DNA of 36,691 bases. It comes from Halocafeteria seosinensis. Its lineage: Eukaryota. Positions 10,301 through 17,200 of the stretch are shown here, one piece after another. Each line of letters starts with the position of its first letter. Position 1 is the first letter of the stretch. The DNA is taken from contig LVLI01001229.1 in NCBI GenBank assembly GCA_001687465.1, forward strand, positions 62,001-98,691. Reading direction: 5' to 3'. Position numbers and translations under genes: made by a program. Under the pieces are notes generated by a model. That model saw only the letters and a list, made by a program, of their open reading frames with translations, did no database searches and was not told the origin of the DNA.

Positions 10301-12201
10301 TGAGCCTGCTTTCACTAATGACCCCGTGGATAATTATCGTTGCTTCCGAGTGGCTGCAGTTCGTCATTCATGCCAGCGTGAGAGGACAGCGTATGACGGG
10401 CAGAGAAGCGTTCAAGTCTTCATTGAATCCAATCACCATTTTGTTAGGACAATTGCATACTGCCACAACGATGGCAGTGGTCAAAATATTTAATGTTTAC
10501 CCTTATGAGATTTTCGGCCAGCAGCGTCTGCAAGCTGACTTCAGCGTCACAACGGATGGGTTTGAATACACTGTTCTTGCAGCACTCGGGGGATTCACGC
10601 TTGTCACGATAGTGCTTGGCTTTCCGCTATTGATAACCCTCCATCGCACATGGAAGCACCAGACGGCTGACACTAAGGAAAGTCGCTTAGAATTCTTGAA
10701 TACCATTGACGGACTGAGAGTTAAAAATCGTGGCTACTTATGGCCCGCCGTGGAAGTGTTGCGGAAATCACTACTCCTGTTGGTGGCATTTCTGATGTCT
10801 GATGCTCTTTATCAGTCTGTCGTGACCACAATAATAGTTGTTTTCTTTATGACCGTGGCCGGAATCGTCCGACCCTACAAAACTGAATCTCCTTTGAACA
10901 AGTTAGAATTACTGAAGTCCCTGTGTATTGCCAGCACTGCCGGACTAGGACTACTTCGTCAGTCACTGGATGGACAAGATGTCGACACGGTTGACATCGT
11001 TGTGTTGCTTATCCAAGCAACGATGCTCATCTGTTTGTTGTACAGTTTTGTTGTGCTTTTACTGGACGCTTGTAAGATGGTATGTAAAAGTGCAATAGAG
11101 TGGCTCAATAACAACTGGCACAAGCTTACGTGCCGTCGGAGCAATAGTAGCATTGCTGCTCGGCGATTTTCAGATATCAACTACTCCGAGCAGTTAGTAG
11201 AGGATGAACCCAGTCAGTGTACCGCCAGCGAATTGGACCCTAGTCGAGTGATCCCCGAGGAAGTGTGTTTTGGCGGCAGTGGGAACGGTTCTACGAGTCG
11301 CCGACAGTCACTCGGGGAAGGCAACACTTGGCCTGAGGGAAAGAAGACAAAGCAAACGCAGTATTCACAAATCCATAGCGACATGTTTCAAAATGATGTA
11401 CGGAGAGTATCCGCTCTTTTCAAGGATTCCCAGGATGAGGGAAGCACAGAGGAAAGTGAAAAAGAAGTCGAACAGGCTTGGGCTTCTGGTCATTTGCAAG
11501 GCGCTCACTCTGATGAAACACCCGAACATGCCGCTGGAGCGGTGCATGGTGCTGGGCTAGCACACGAAACACAATCAACAAGCGATGGCGATTCAGACAC
11601 GAACAGCTTGACGAGAATGGAAACCGAACCTAAGGACACTGCTGATGCTCAACACGAAGACAAAGTGGATGCTACGGATGGAGGCGAAGGCGAAGTCGCA
11701 GGTGCGAATGATGGCAGGAACGAAGCAGCCGCAACATCAAAGGAAGCGGACCTTGGAACAAGTGGCAACGTCTACCATGGACAAACCGTAACCGCGCCAA
11801 AGGGGGAATTATCTAGTGAGTCAAGTAAAAATAGTTCGGAAAGGTTAGAGTCGGAGGAACGAGATACAGATGCAGGTCCTAAGCAGACAACCAGCCCAGG
11901 GGCAGATATCGGCCGCGTAGAGAGTGGGGTTGAACCAAGGTCTAAATACCAGTTTGGCTTTGAACACACCGGGATTAACAAATGGTCCGAATCACGAGAT
12001 ACCCGTACGGGTGCAAGTGAGTCCAACAATGTAAAGGGACCAAGTGAGTCGTCCCACAGTGTTCATGAACACAAACAATTTTCGTCAGCCAATGAGAACC
12101 TTATATCGACAACAAGTGAGGACGAAGTGGCCACAATCCAACAAACTGAATCAGATTCAGCACCCGTGACTGAGAGCCACTCTGTATCAGACAAGATATG
12201 A
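1..12201 (+). CDS. Gene A, 5'-partial giant cell-surface multi-pass membrane protein (>4066 aa): 3 GAIN/GPS-like modules, 2 GLUG-like modules, S/T/P stalks, Ig-like and ephrin-receptor-like Cys-rich domains, ~9-TM domain, acidic cytoplasmic tail
   Basis: Frame 1 is open from base 1 (FAVNDKTTVSDFIGALTPIA..., matching internal repeat FAVNDRTTVSDFIEALLPIA near 4153) to TGA at 12199-12201, so the TTG at 46 is not the true start. The C-terminal core is colinear with genes B and C. Confidence 0.93.
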   Translation, partial: FAVNDKTTVSDFIGALTPIAESSALTAAVGERVLNLLNRVLKSNFDPSTDQFRYGNSLSDEAVTIISLVLSSHIEKEASHFASAESALQQVARSQLVDRVAGSRPQTAHTLFQDLPTFCNQTWFASVFSRRISSSAGAFTVEPAGLEHGVGLSNMEFDHCCQEPQDTTNLDRSKPSLSWESLGGSLFNEESEVDVVAEEFVYPPFVEPQGRHVETAARNSDIVKHLLSSFDQYIRSLLPNGDILTSTNSSFQLVAGAGRRSLTNSSKETATEFVSSLKDHILQRQIASKSLRVSAFSLAGLELKLQNRTGVNVTLVVYPEEQSVSLEQGTDVTRLVSGEMELASRTATCKKSQSGSSSMFTVNCTDPLLGSTSTLTVDCGTNEGTTVRVFCPQSVIVPAMLRSGGQSSHWSDASINDGSVRFDGRTVTAATSRLGLFLSSLLTVETAPVAKIIPRPSPTAAPTTSTTPSVTPTTSATSSLTPTASATLTATPTPSSRIPQRKLDLRSSIIAGDESCFQYLQGQRLFKLTCSISWTSVGYTNNNYISLKVNETFVGENDAVIYLAGVQGFHGLFVIDDGANGSVTAFEDAPLIKDVRIVNGTTSFSGGFIVQPWQKFFVVDSCSSSGNVRQHGGGICGSGCAGGRGQIKIFNSYTTGEVSDLFAGGIAGSKLAQQSGKASVTNCHSTGNIHGEYSGGIAGSETGLMKGFVHVSLSHSKGCIGCPHNTVEGNGGILGAGAGSSDGIVYVEKSYSIGEISGKGAGGITGAATGYSDGSVHLSECYTTGSVSGTTAGAITGESQGTVHISNCYSTGKISGNYSGGISGNPSAGQVVIEDTYAAGERTAATAGGVIGKASGTIALKYSVYNGQPPVGLNKGANITSVGNSDDLTVIQGELYGFNESHLWSREKWVIPANDELPILSFQVSPTPTVTPTTSPTPSVTPTWTPTGTPTPTPSAIKNLRFSIMEGSEACFQYVEELKLFELTCDVLHWNATGYLRDMYILLRANETLDGGEHNIIDLTGIVGFEGLVRVDDNLNGSVKSFADAPLIRNVHMRNGMTAFDGGFILQEQQKFAIVEWCSSSGVVGEWSGGICGRQCGLKGQLQVSTSYSTGLIQEDSGGIVGPEVGHDGGTANITNCYSTGRIEEDGAGGICGIGSGSGRGSVTIMHSYGKGAIVGQESGGITGSYAAVWDGHVYVLECYSSGDVAGDESGGISGAFTAALGGAVLIRDCYSTGNIIGSTAGGICSGGFELNDLQSLIIKNTYASGDIVGESAGGVIGAMETTDGVVQVNYSVYNGDSAESVPLVGVHLAGNVESEGNSDTLDSIRGQLYQYKGVTRWSGDIWALNGTSSLPILRFQLPENVTRTANATQVLVDTLKELESSYDFAVNDRTTVSDFIEALLPIAESPALTPSTAEWVLDLLNRVLLSNFDEAPNQFRYPGSLADEAVTVVSLVLASETEKSKAIYDDAELAFQYTSRSQLVDRVAGSRTQSAHIRFQDLQAFCNQTFFATVFSRRVDSSNDFLVEPLELEHGIGLSDEEFKRCNREPVSTSELKREKPAVGRNMGGTESLFDEKDVADVVAEEYVYPPSVEHKGSEIQDAAENSRTAKYLRASLDEYISSLLPRGNIFDIPSSGIRLLERRRGLRSSRELSSDSSVLGSLANGMFQRQIASKTLRVTAFAADPHRHELALRNGKSINVTLVVYPEEPPVSLANAPDVTRLLSGEMELASRTGVCPKAYNGSSSTFTVDCVDPLFGSSRYVWIECDSQQVGATVNVFCSQSVVVPILLRSDGGSFGWSDVNIANDSIRFDGRTITAETSALGLFSASLLAVETSPVATVLSGPSSSPTVTPTASSSSSASSTPTSSPSASPSPSPSINVTQDIINSLDALERGYNFSVNSEAMTRDLIHGLTPIARSPALLPMIGQRILSLLNHVLKSNFDSNTNQFRYSQKLANETVTITSLVLAADVEKDQAMFASAEAALQRVSRSQLVDRAAGAETQTAHTSYQELPTFCNQTFFASVFGRRLKISSAFQMEPPGLHHGIGLSEIEFKHCDRNATLTNNLKRSKPSVSRDKNKPALFSDATEADLIAEEHVYPPLAGSQGKQMRRAAKQSEVANYLVSSLDDYINGRLPEGDIFRNENKSVYLAASANFRELFNDKVDPLESSKLGRNIASKSLRISAFSTGETNEQELRLQENAALNVTLAMYPEQPGIALASAPDVTRLLSGEMGLVSRKGLCPNNQNGSISEFSVQCMDRLLDSSETLTVKCGPPQQGAWIEVFCPQSVIVPVLLRYDENNLEWSDSTIANDSIQFNGRTITGETNEFGLFSSSLSTVETSPVAKIAVAPSPSPTPSVTPTVTPTWTPTTTPTSTGTPTVTPTVTPTNVFRNLTENVNVRSACGAKNPFNCVTMIYEESRAASFQPSSTNSTFIGEGPGLTVQSVNGREPETSITCSSSMSSDELSEVVYSSCQKQFKGTDLDIPLPVVGVPRISSNGSCRGHQARQSGSCRELNYILDLHFRSDASTLMRQQVALLKKQTVNRMRRLDDEAPLLLPLEFGIVVDGETIVSASQAASMEVSSVIRNVGLNADVQPRNISIVQGRNASKANASNVVESSVLLSLGENQRYVWSKADELEDIAILPEPGTSRNGSVSFEIFLGFDIEQAPYGLLQSTVSVTVSNIGLDVSTVIPVNVSISILEGKTEMLQDRIHAQMSFADAPQSRRILMSNAGEYFVQWVPRLYTDDGSELSNSNRSSFWVRPTTSSFSSSGITASGIEQDALTTVEMVPDNVNSSGLFTAWLLLETDSRRGVPQNFPEEDPPSVESTRFLGQQHWVRLSLLVTSVFVCPERPLETTLKPFGEVELQWDVLNVADQPVLLKPLDFNLELQATDPEGGLTGNSTQTHISSLVEDNVRLFGNWLQFSPASAMISPDNRRTFRASIRYPQEKLTFNNSDEAFSAFRNRPVFRYSLNILTLQQFQVNPSFERSRDTRGLSVETSFLPGVADPQNSGISIDSRTAFANQPIWVNIVLADIFGNSPARAIFSKETLKIASKGLPYVSVSIRPKGEDISDSAINRNYPTGIAEGDEIGSFRFSVTFTAQGKASLDVKLNNASIESSAITLQTRTVECPKNEVPNRLGSRCLCKAGYARLGVVRSNADSPPCVPCPPGRFTAKPSNQEECDSCPSEHFSLEGSSACIPCPSTGFECFRGQLLLQDGFWCEVCAFDSPRPPKNQTVQNFIVDRLKRDEEVRIHECEPESACIVNSTHFITKCSEGRRGPLCDDCESGYVKTEGACLECENRQRNQGTVVVWVIVATSVLAGLNLREFKRAAAEEDPSTEETDEERSSISQGSDWQIHFDRVPEESIKTEGEMDPMSYLQLLLLFGMDYLQMSSVIGELKYSPFVGDAKWYSEFSSLFLMDPTRPDAFRCVSQFDFFSMSLLSLMTPWIIIVASEWLQFVIHASVRGQRMTGREAFKSSLNPITILLGQLHTATTMAVVKIFNVYPYEIFGQQRLQADFSVTTDGFEYTVLAALGGFTLVTIVLGFPLLITLHRTWKHQTADTKESRLEFLNTIDGLRVKNRGYLWPAVEVLRKSLLLLVAFLMSDALYQSVVTTIIVVFFMTVAGIVRPYKTESPLNKLELLKSLCIASTAGLGLLRQSLDGQDVDTVDIVVLLIQATMLICLLYSFVVLLLDACKMVCKSAIEWLNNNWHKLTCRRSNSSIAARRFSDINYSEQLVEDEPSQCTASELDPSRVIPEEVCFGGSGNGSTSRRQSLGEGNTWPEGKKTKQTQYSQIHSDMFQNDVRRVSALFKDSQDEGSTEESEKEVEQAWASGHLQGAHSDETPEHAAGAVHGAGLAHETQSTSDGDSDTNSLTRMETEPKDTADAQHEDKVDATDGGEGEVAGANDGRNEAAATSKEADLGTSGNVYHGQTVTAPKGELSSESSKNSSERLESEERDTDAGPKQTTSPGADIGRVESGVEPRSKYQFGFEHTGINKWSESRDTRTGASESNNVKGPSESSHSVHEHKQFSSANENLISTTSEDEVATIQQTESDSAPVTESHSVSDKI
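1360..1488 (+). repeat. Thr/Ser/Pro mucin-like stalk
   Basis: PRPSPTAAPTTSTTPSVTPTTSATSSLTPTASATLTATPTPSS. Confidence 0.85.
1510..2772 (+). repeat. Gene A Gly-rich GLUG-like module G1
   Basis: Begins DLRSSIIAGDESCF, has repeated CxSxGxI...GGIxG turns and ends WS...W...LPILSFQ, the same caps as the modules in genes B and C. Confidence 0.85.
2773..2868 (+). repeat. Pro/Thr stalk (PT repeats)
   Basis: SPTPTVTPTTSPTPSVTPTWTPTGTPTPTPSA. Confidence 0.85.
2869..4074 (+). repeat. Gene A Gly-rich GLUG-like module G2
   Basis: IKNLRFSIMEGSEACF ... CYSTGxI..GGICG repeats ... RWSGDIWALNGTSSLPILRFQL. Confidence 0.85.
4102..5517 (+). repeat. Gene A module A2 (GAIN/GPS-like repeat)
   Basis: Full-length copy from ATQVLVDTLKELESSYDFAVND to WSDVNIANDSIRFDGRTITAETSALGLFSASLLAVETSPVATVL. 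Confidence 0.85.
5518..5625 (+). repeat. Ser/Pro stalk with imperfect CAAGCC hexamer repeats
   Basis: SGPSSSPTVTPTASSSSSASSTPTSSPSASPSPSPS; DNA caagcccaagcgcaagcccaagcccaagtccaag at ~5591-5624. Confidence 0.8.
5626..7032 (+). repeat. Gene A module A3 (GAIN/GPS-like repeat)
   Basis: INVTQDIINSLDALERGYNFSVN ... WSDSTIANDSIQFNGRTITGETNEFGLFSSSLSTVETSPVAKIAV. Confidence 0.85.
7033..7149 (+). repeat. Core-proximal Pro/Thr stalk of gene A (~39 aa)
   Basis: APSPSPTPSVTPTVTPTWTPTTTPTSTGTPTVTPTVTPT. Confidence 0.85.
7150..9372 (+). other. Conserved extracellular core of gene A (Cys-containing domain, BACON/ASH-like and invasin/filamin-like Ig folds)
   Basis: Colinear with B and C: NVFRNLT...CGxxNPFNC, LMSNAGEYFVQW (lxNxG...W pattern), VNIVLADIFGN (D..GN pattern of invasin/filamin-type Ig repeats). 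Confidence 0.65.
9373..9882 (+). other. Cys-rich ephrin-receptor-like (GCC2/GCC3-type) region of gene A
   Basis: CLCKAGY...CVPCPPGRF...CDSCPSEHFS...CIPCP...GFW...CSEGRRGPLCDDCESGY. Confidence 0.8.
9904..11070 (+). other. ~9-helix transmembrane domain of gene A (TRP-like/FLC-type, protist 'GPCR-related')
   Basis: Hydrophobic stretches plus motifs DYLQ, LQADFSV, LGFP, YLWPAVEVLRK, Q...RPY, LNKLE. Helix count was made by eye. Confidence 0.75.
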
Positions 12202-12775
12202 AAGAATAAGAGTTCGAAGGAGTTGATGATCAATACCATTAACTCGATCACCCGATCAAAAGTCAGGTGAGCAAAGAACGTCTGAGAAGTGTAGACTAAG
12301 ATGGCCCAGCTGCTGCCTCCAATGAGTACTCTATGGACAAACAGCAAGTGACAGTGCCTTACAAATCAACAGCAGATGATGACAAGGATGGCCACTACCA
12401 CAGCGAAAGCGGAGTACTGTACAGCTGCGATGGGAAATACCGTGTACAGGTAGAAGCAGCTGCTGCAAGGTTAAATCCCAGAGCAACCTGTTTGCCCAGT
12501 AGTTACGGGATGAATGTGGATCTCCTTATTAAAAAGCTGCTGTACAAGCGCGGATATATTTTTCTCATCCACGACCTCGGCTGTAGTAGCCGACGTATGC
12601 GTACGTTTTATATATCCATATGCATGTCAAATCGTCCATGAAATAATAATCAATTGGTTCAAAATGGCCCACCTAAAAAGATGAATAGTTGCTAAAACAG
12701 AGTTAGACTTCGCATGCGTGTACTTCATTAATTAATCCACTGATACAACAAATGAAAAACAAAATGAAAGGGCAC

Positions 12776-13080
12776 CTATCCGATGATTGCTTTCTTGACT
12801 TTGTTGACTGCTTTCTTTGTATCCCTTTTTCTTCTTAGGGCCTGAGAATAGATTGTCTACTTGCCGTTGCTTCCTTCTCCTCTCTTTTTCAAACGCTGCC
12901 TCATTACGGCGATTACTGTCGCGGAATTCGCGATACTCGCGGTCTTGTCGTATTCCTTCGGCTGACTTGTTGAACTTCTCCGTTTGCTTCCGTGCTGCCC
13001 TCTCACTTTTGCTTACTTCTTCTCATCTTTAATAACCTATCGAAGCCCAAAGCTTTCTTAACACTAATCTTGTCCAGCAT
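12776..13080 (-). pseudogene. Possible decayed ORF for a small Lys/Arg-rich basic protein (two apparent frameshifts)
   Basis: MLDKISVKKALGFDRLLK from ATG 13080; a shifted frame open 13022-12732 reads EEVSKSERAARKQTEKFNKSAEGIRQDREYREFRDSNRRNEAAFEKERRRKQRQVDNLFSGPKKKK; a third frame reads DTKKAVNKVKKAIIG* ending at 12776. Strong purine bias on the minus strand. No family recognised. Confidence 0.3.
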
Positions 13081-13680
13081 TCCTTGCTATACTTCTACAA
13101 ACTATAATCTTTTTACGTTAGCCTACAGTAGTTTTGGTTCAATCAAAACAAAAAACCAAATCCAAGTCTTGCAATGACTCGCTTGAATCGAACTGTTTTG
13201 GCTTTTTGCTGTCTCCATGTCTTGTTTCCATTTACCGCAACCGGGCTGTAAGTCTCGTACAAGACGCGCATTGTATGTTGTTCGCTCTTCGCCGGTAGTG
13301 GGTGGAACGGCAGCCTTCAAAGCACATCCATGCGCATAACACGCTTGACGCAAGGCTGGCGCGGCAGAAAAAGTTCGGCAAGCGAGATACCAAACGATAC
13401 ACCATCATAAAAGATGCATGGATCTCCTGCGGTGGGATACTTGACGAACCGCTAACAAGCGTCGTACTTTTCACCTGAGACGTTTATACAAAGGGTCCAT
13501 GCATAGTTAAGATGTGCATCCTACCACGGTCCCTCCACCCTTTTTGTTGTTTTAAGTTTCCCTTGTCAATCCCGCCTAACCATTAACCCACCACAAATTC
13601 CGCAGTAGATCATTTTCATGTGTTTCCAGTGTTCATACATACGCCAACTACAACCAAAGTTGAGTGGCATTTCGGTCCTA

Positions 13681-13734
13681 GTGGAATTCCACCCTTGGCA
13701 TGCCACATGATGGTACAGTTGTACCACAGTCATG
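13681..13734. repeat. Cluster of three adjacent palindromes/inverted repeats
   Basis: GTGGAATTCCAC (13681-13692), TGGCATGCCA (13696-13705), CATGA-TGGTACA-gt-TGTACCA-cag-TCATG (13706-13734). Confidence 0.7.
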
Positions 13735-14234
13735 GTAACACCTTGAGACGGTTTTACTTAATTGCCACCTTCATTGACTTCTGAAACGTTCAAAAGAATA
13801 AGTGAAAATCCCGTGTATACACCGGAAACCATGCTTTCCGGTTTGTCGCGACCAGGGTCTGCAATACCCCGCCATGGACAAAGGGTATCCTGCGCTCTTC
13901 GGAAGACTATATCACCGGATAACCGGGTAAGTAGTTCCATGGAATCCATATACACTTGTTCTATTATGAAATGATACGTTTTTTCTGGGCAATGTGCAAT
14001 TTCCATTCCCAGGTGTGGGGACAAGCTGTGGATGGGTTTTCCCTGGGATCGGGGGCCTTCAACTGGTTGCCGAGAAAAGGACCGGAAGCGTTTGCGCTTG
14101 CGCAGAAGTATACGTACATCGGGACATAAACCCCGCTGTAAGGTTCTTATTAAGGTATAGCCACTATCCTACTGAGGAGCTTATGGGCTAGTAAAAGTGA
14201 ATATGTCAACCAGTCTCCGTGTTGTCAATTACTC

Positions 14235-17200
14235 TTACTTTGATTCCGCATGATCATTGTCAAAGTACTCTTCCTCGACAGACTCATCCGACGCTACATC
14301 GGCCGCGGTAGCGTCGCGTTGTTCACTCTTCGACTCTTCTTCAGAACCAACACCTCCCTCTAGTTTGTTCTCATGCTGTTCTCCCTCTATCTCTTCTTTG
14401 GACGACTTCTGTTCGGAGAGCGCGTTGTCTAGTCTCTCTGTCTTCAGTCTTTCGAGTTCCAATTCACGGACACCTGCATCGACGCTTCGTCGAGATACGC
14501 CTTTAGGCCGCTTAAATTCTGATTCGGGAATGCTCTTGGCTTCAGTTTGGTGCGAAGTAGTAGTGGCATAACTCTTACGCCTGCTCTCCACGGGAGGCGC
14601 CCACTGATCATTCGTTCGGGACTGTACATTCACTGCTACATGCTCAACTCTGGAAGGCAAAGAGGATCTCCGTCTTTTGCCTTCGCCTGCCCTTATTTCG
14701 GTTGCAAGCAGCTCCTCAGGGTGCACTGCGCTATTGTTCGAAGCTCTGCGATTTTTCGACCGGGCTGCTCGCGAGCCAAACGGAGTTGATTTTTGATCCC
14801 CCTGGGGCGAGTCTTCATCAGAATGTTCGCCATTCGCATACTGCCGCTGAGAACAAGAATACCTTCTTTTGCTTTCGGCATTCGTGGCATAGGATCCTTC
14901 GGGAAACGCGGAGGTCCCCGTCGAATTTCGGCGGCCTTTGTTCTGGGTGTCATCAGCTATAAATATTTCTTCCGTTTGGTCACCGGTAGGTGCAATATGC
15001 GAAATGCGCCTAGACGATATGACCTTTGTCTGTCTTCCATCACACCGACACCTACTGCACCAACGCTTAGAGTTCAACCAAGCCTCCAGGTTATTGATCG
15101 TCGTGCGACACGCTGCTATGAAGACAATAACGAATGCCGTGACGAGCGCCATCACCATCGCTATTTGAACGAACAGAACAACATAATCAACTGTTTCTTC
15201 CTCTTCGGCATCGTCGACCGAGTGGCGTAGAAGTCCTAATCCAGCAGTTACAGCGATGCAGAGCGATTTCGCCATTTCCAGTTTGTTCAGGGGAGACTCC
15301 AACTTGTACGGTAATATCATAGCCGCGACGATCATAAACACCACCAAAACTGCAGCGACGGCAACGACTTGGTGGAATGCGTTGGTTACAAGGAAAGCCA
15401 GTAGAAGAAGCACCGATTTCCGCAAAATTTCAATGGCTGGCCACAGGTAACCATGATTGCGTACTCTGAAGCCATCGATATTATTCAAGAAATCGTGTCT
15501 CCGCCTAGGCGTGGTTGCTGCTTTATGTTTCCAGGTAAGATATATAATTAAAAATATAGGGAAACCAAGGACGATAGTAGCAAGTGTAAAACCAGCCACT
15601 ATTGCCAACACCGTATATCCGGCATCAGTCGTCGTTACACTGAGATCGGCCCTTAGACGTTGTTCCCCAAAAACTTCATACGGATAGACATTGTAGATGT
15701 TGACCACCGCCATGGTTGTAGCTGTGTGTATCTGCCCGAGCAAAATTGCAATAGGGTTCAACGAAGATTTGAAAGCCTGCCCGCAAGACATGCGCTGTCC
15801 TCGCGTGGTTGCATGGATTACAAATTGGATCCACTGTGAGGCAAACACAATTAGCCATGGTGAGAGCAGCGAAATTAAAGTCAAACTGAAAAATTCCACC
15901 CCTGAAACGCATCTGAAAGCATCCGGTCGGGTAGGATCCATAAGAAAAAGCCGCGAGAATTCTTGATACCATCTGGCGTCTCCTAAGAAAGGTGTATACT
16001 GTAATTCCCCTAGAATCGAAGATATCTGTAAGTAATCCATACCAAACAATACTACTAGCTGTAGGTATGAAACTGGATCCATAACTCCTTCGGTTTTGAT
16101 AGATTCTTCAGATACTTTGTCAGTGTACACTTGTACTTCTGACGGAGTTATCGAAGTATGCGATATTTCACTATCCTTATCTTCAACATCGTCGTGGTGC
16201 TCCTCCTGAGTCGACGCCCTCTTGAACTCGCGAATGTTTAAACCAGCCAAGATAGAAACGGCGACAATTCCCCATAAGGCAACAACAGCCTGGTTACGGC
16301 GCTTATCTCGGCATTCCAAACATTCGTCTTCAGTCTTGACGAAGTCTTTCTGACAAGAATCGCACAGTGGCCCCTCTCTACCACCAGAACATTTGGTTAA
16401 GAAATGAGTATTGTTGACGATGCAGGCAGATGGGGGTTCACACTCATGTAGTCGAACATTTTGATCGTTCTCTAGCTGTTCTACGATGAACAATTTCGCT
16501 GTCTGGTTCTTCGGACGGAGTGGACTATCGACAGCACAGACTTCGCACCAGAATCCATCTTGCATCAATAACTGTCCCTTGAAGCACTCGAACCCCGCTG
16601 AGGGACACGGGACGCATACATCGCTCCCTTCAATGGAGAAGTGCTCAGACGGACAGGGGTCACAGTTTTCTTCGTTTGAAGCGCCAGCAAGGAAGCGTCC
16701 CGCTGGACATGGAACACAACTCCTGTCACCTCCATCCGTTTCTTCCAAGGTTTGCCGTGAGTATCCCGCTTTGCATAGGCATTCGGATCCTAGTTCGTTG
16801 GGTACTTCATTCTTGGGGCATGTAACCGTTTCGGTTTGCAACAATATGTCTGTGTTCTCAATCGACGCATTATTCAGTCGTACATTGAGCGAGGCCTGAC
16901 CCTGCTCCTTGAAGGTGACAAAAAACGAGAAACTACCAATTTCATCACCTTCCTGCATTCGGAGAGGAAACGTTCTACGAATTGAAGAATCGGTGATATC
17001 GCTGCCCACGGTGTCGACTACCACAGTTAAGTATGGATGGTCCCCATTTCCTATGCGTATCGTCTCACCCGAAAATAGAGCTCGCGCAGGTTTATGGCCG
17101 AAAACATCTGCAAGGATAACGTCAATCTGAATACGCTCGTTGACGAAACCACTTGACGTACGCGGAACAATTTGTGAGTTTTTGCGGTTCGCTGAACCAG

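Noticed and set aside
12192..12300. Stop-codon reassignment (TAA read-through) suggested by three TAA codons in a coding-like frame
   Set aside because: Genes B and C end in TAA, and over 32 kb of coding sequence has no in-frame stops, so the standard code fits.
13170..13200. GTTCGATTC (tRNA T-loop-like) on the minus strand
   Set aside because: The flanks do not form a T-stem or cloverleaf.
13758..14040. Short minus-strand peptides VPTPGNGNC (OTU-like), VYGFHGT (PARP-like) and RCIHG (KDZ-like)
   Set aside because: These are isolated 5-9-aa matches to mutually unrelated families, in frames broken by stops, and are expected by chance.
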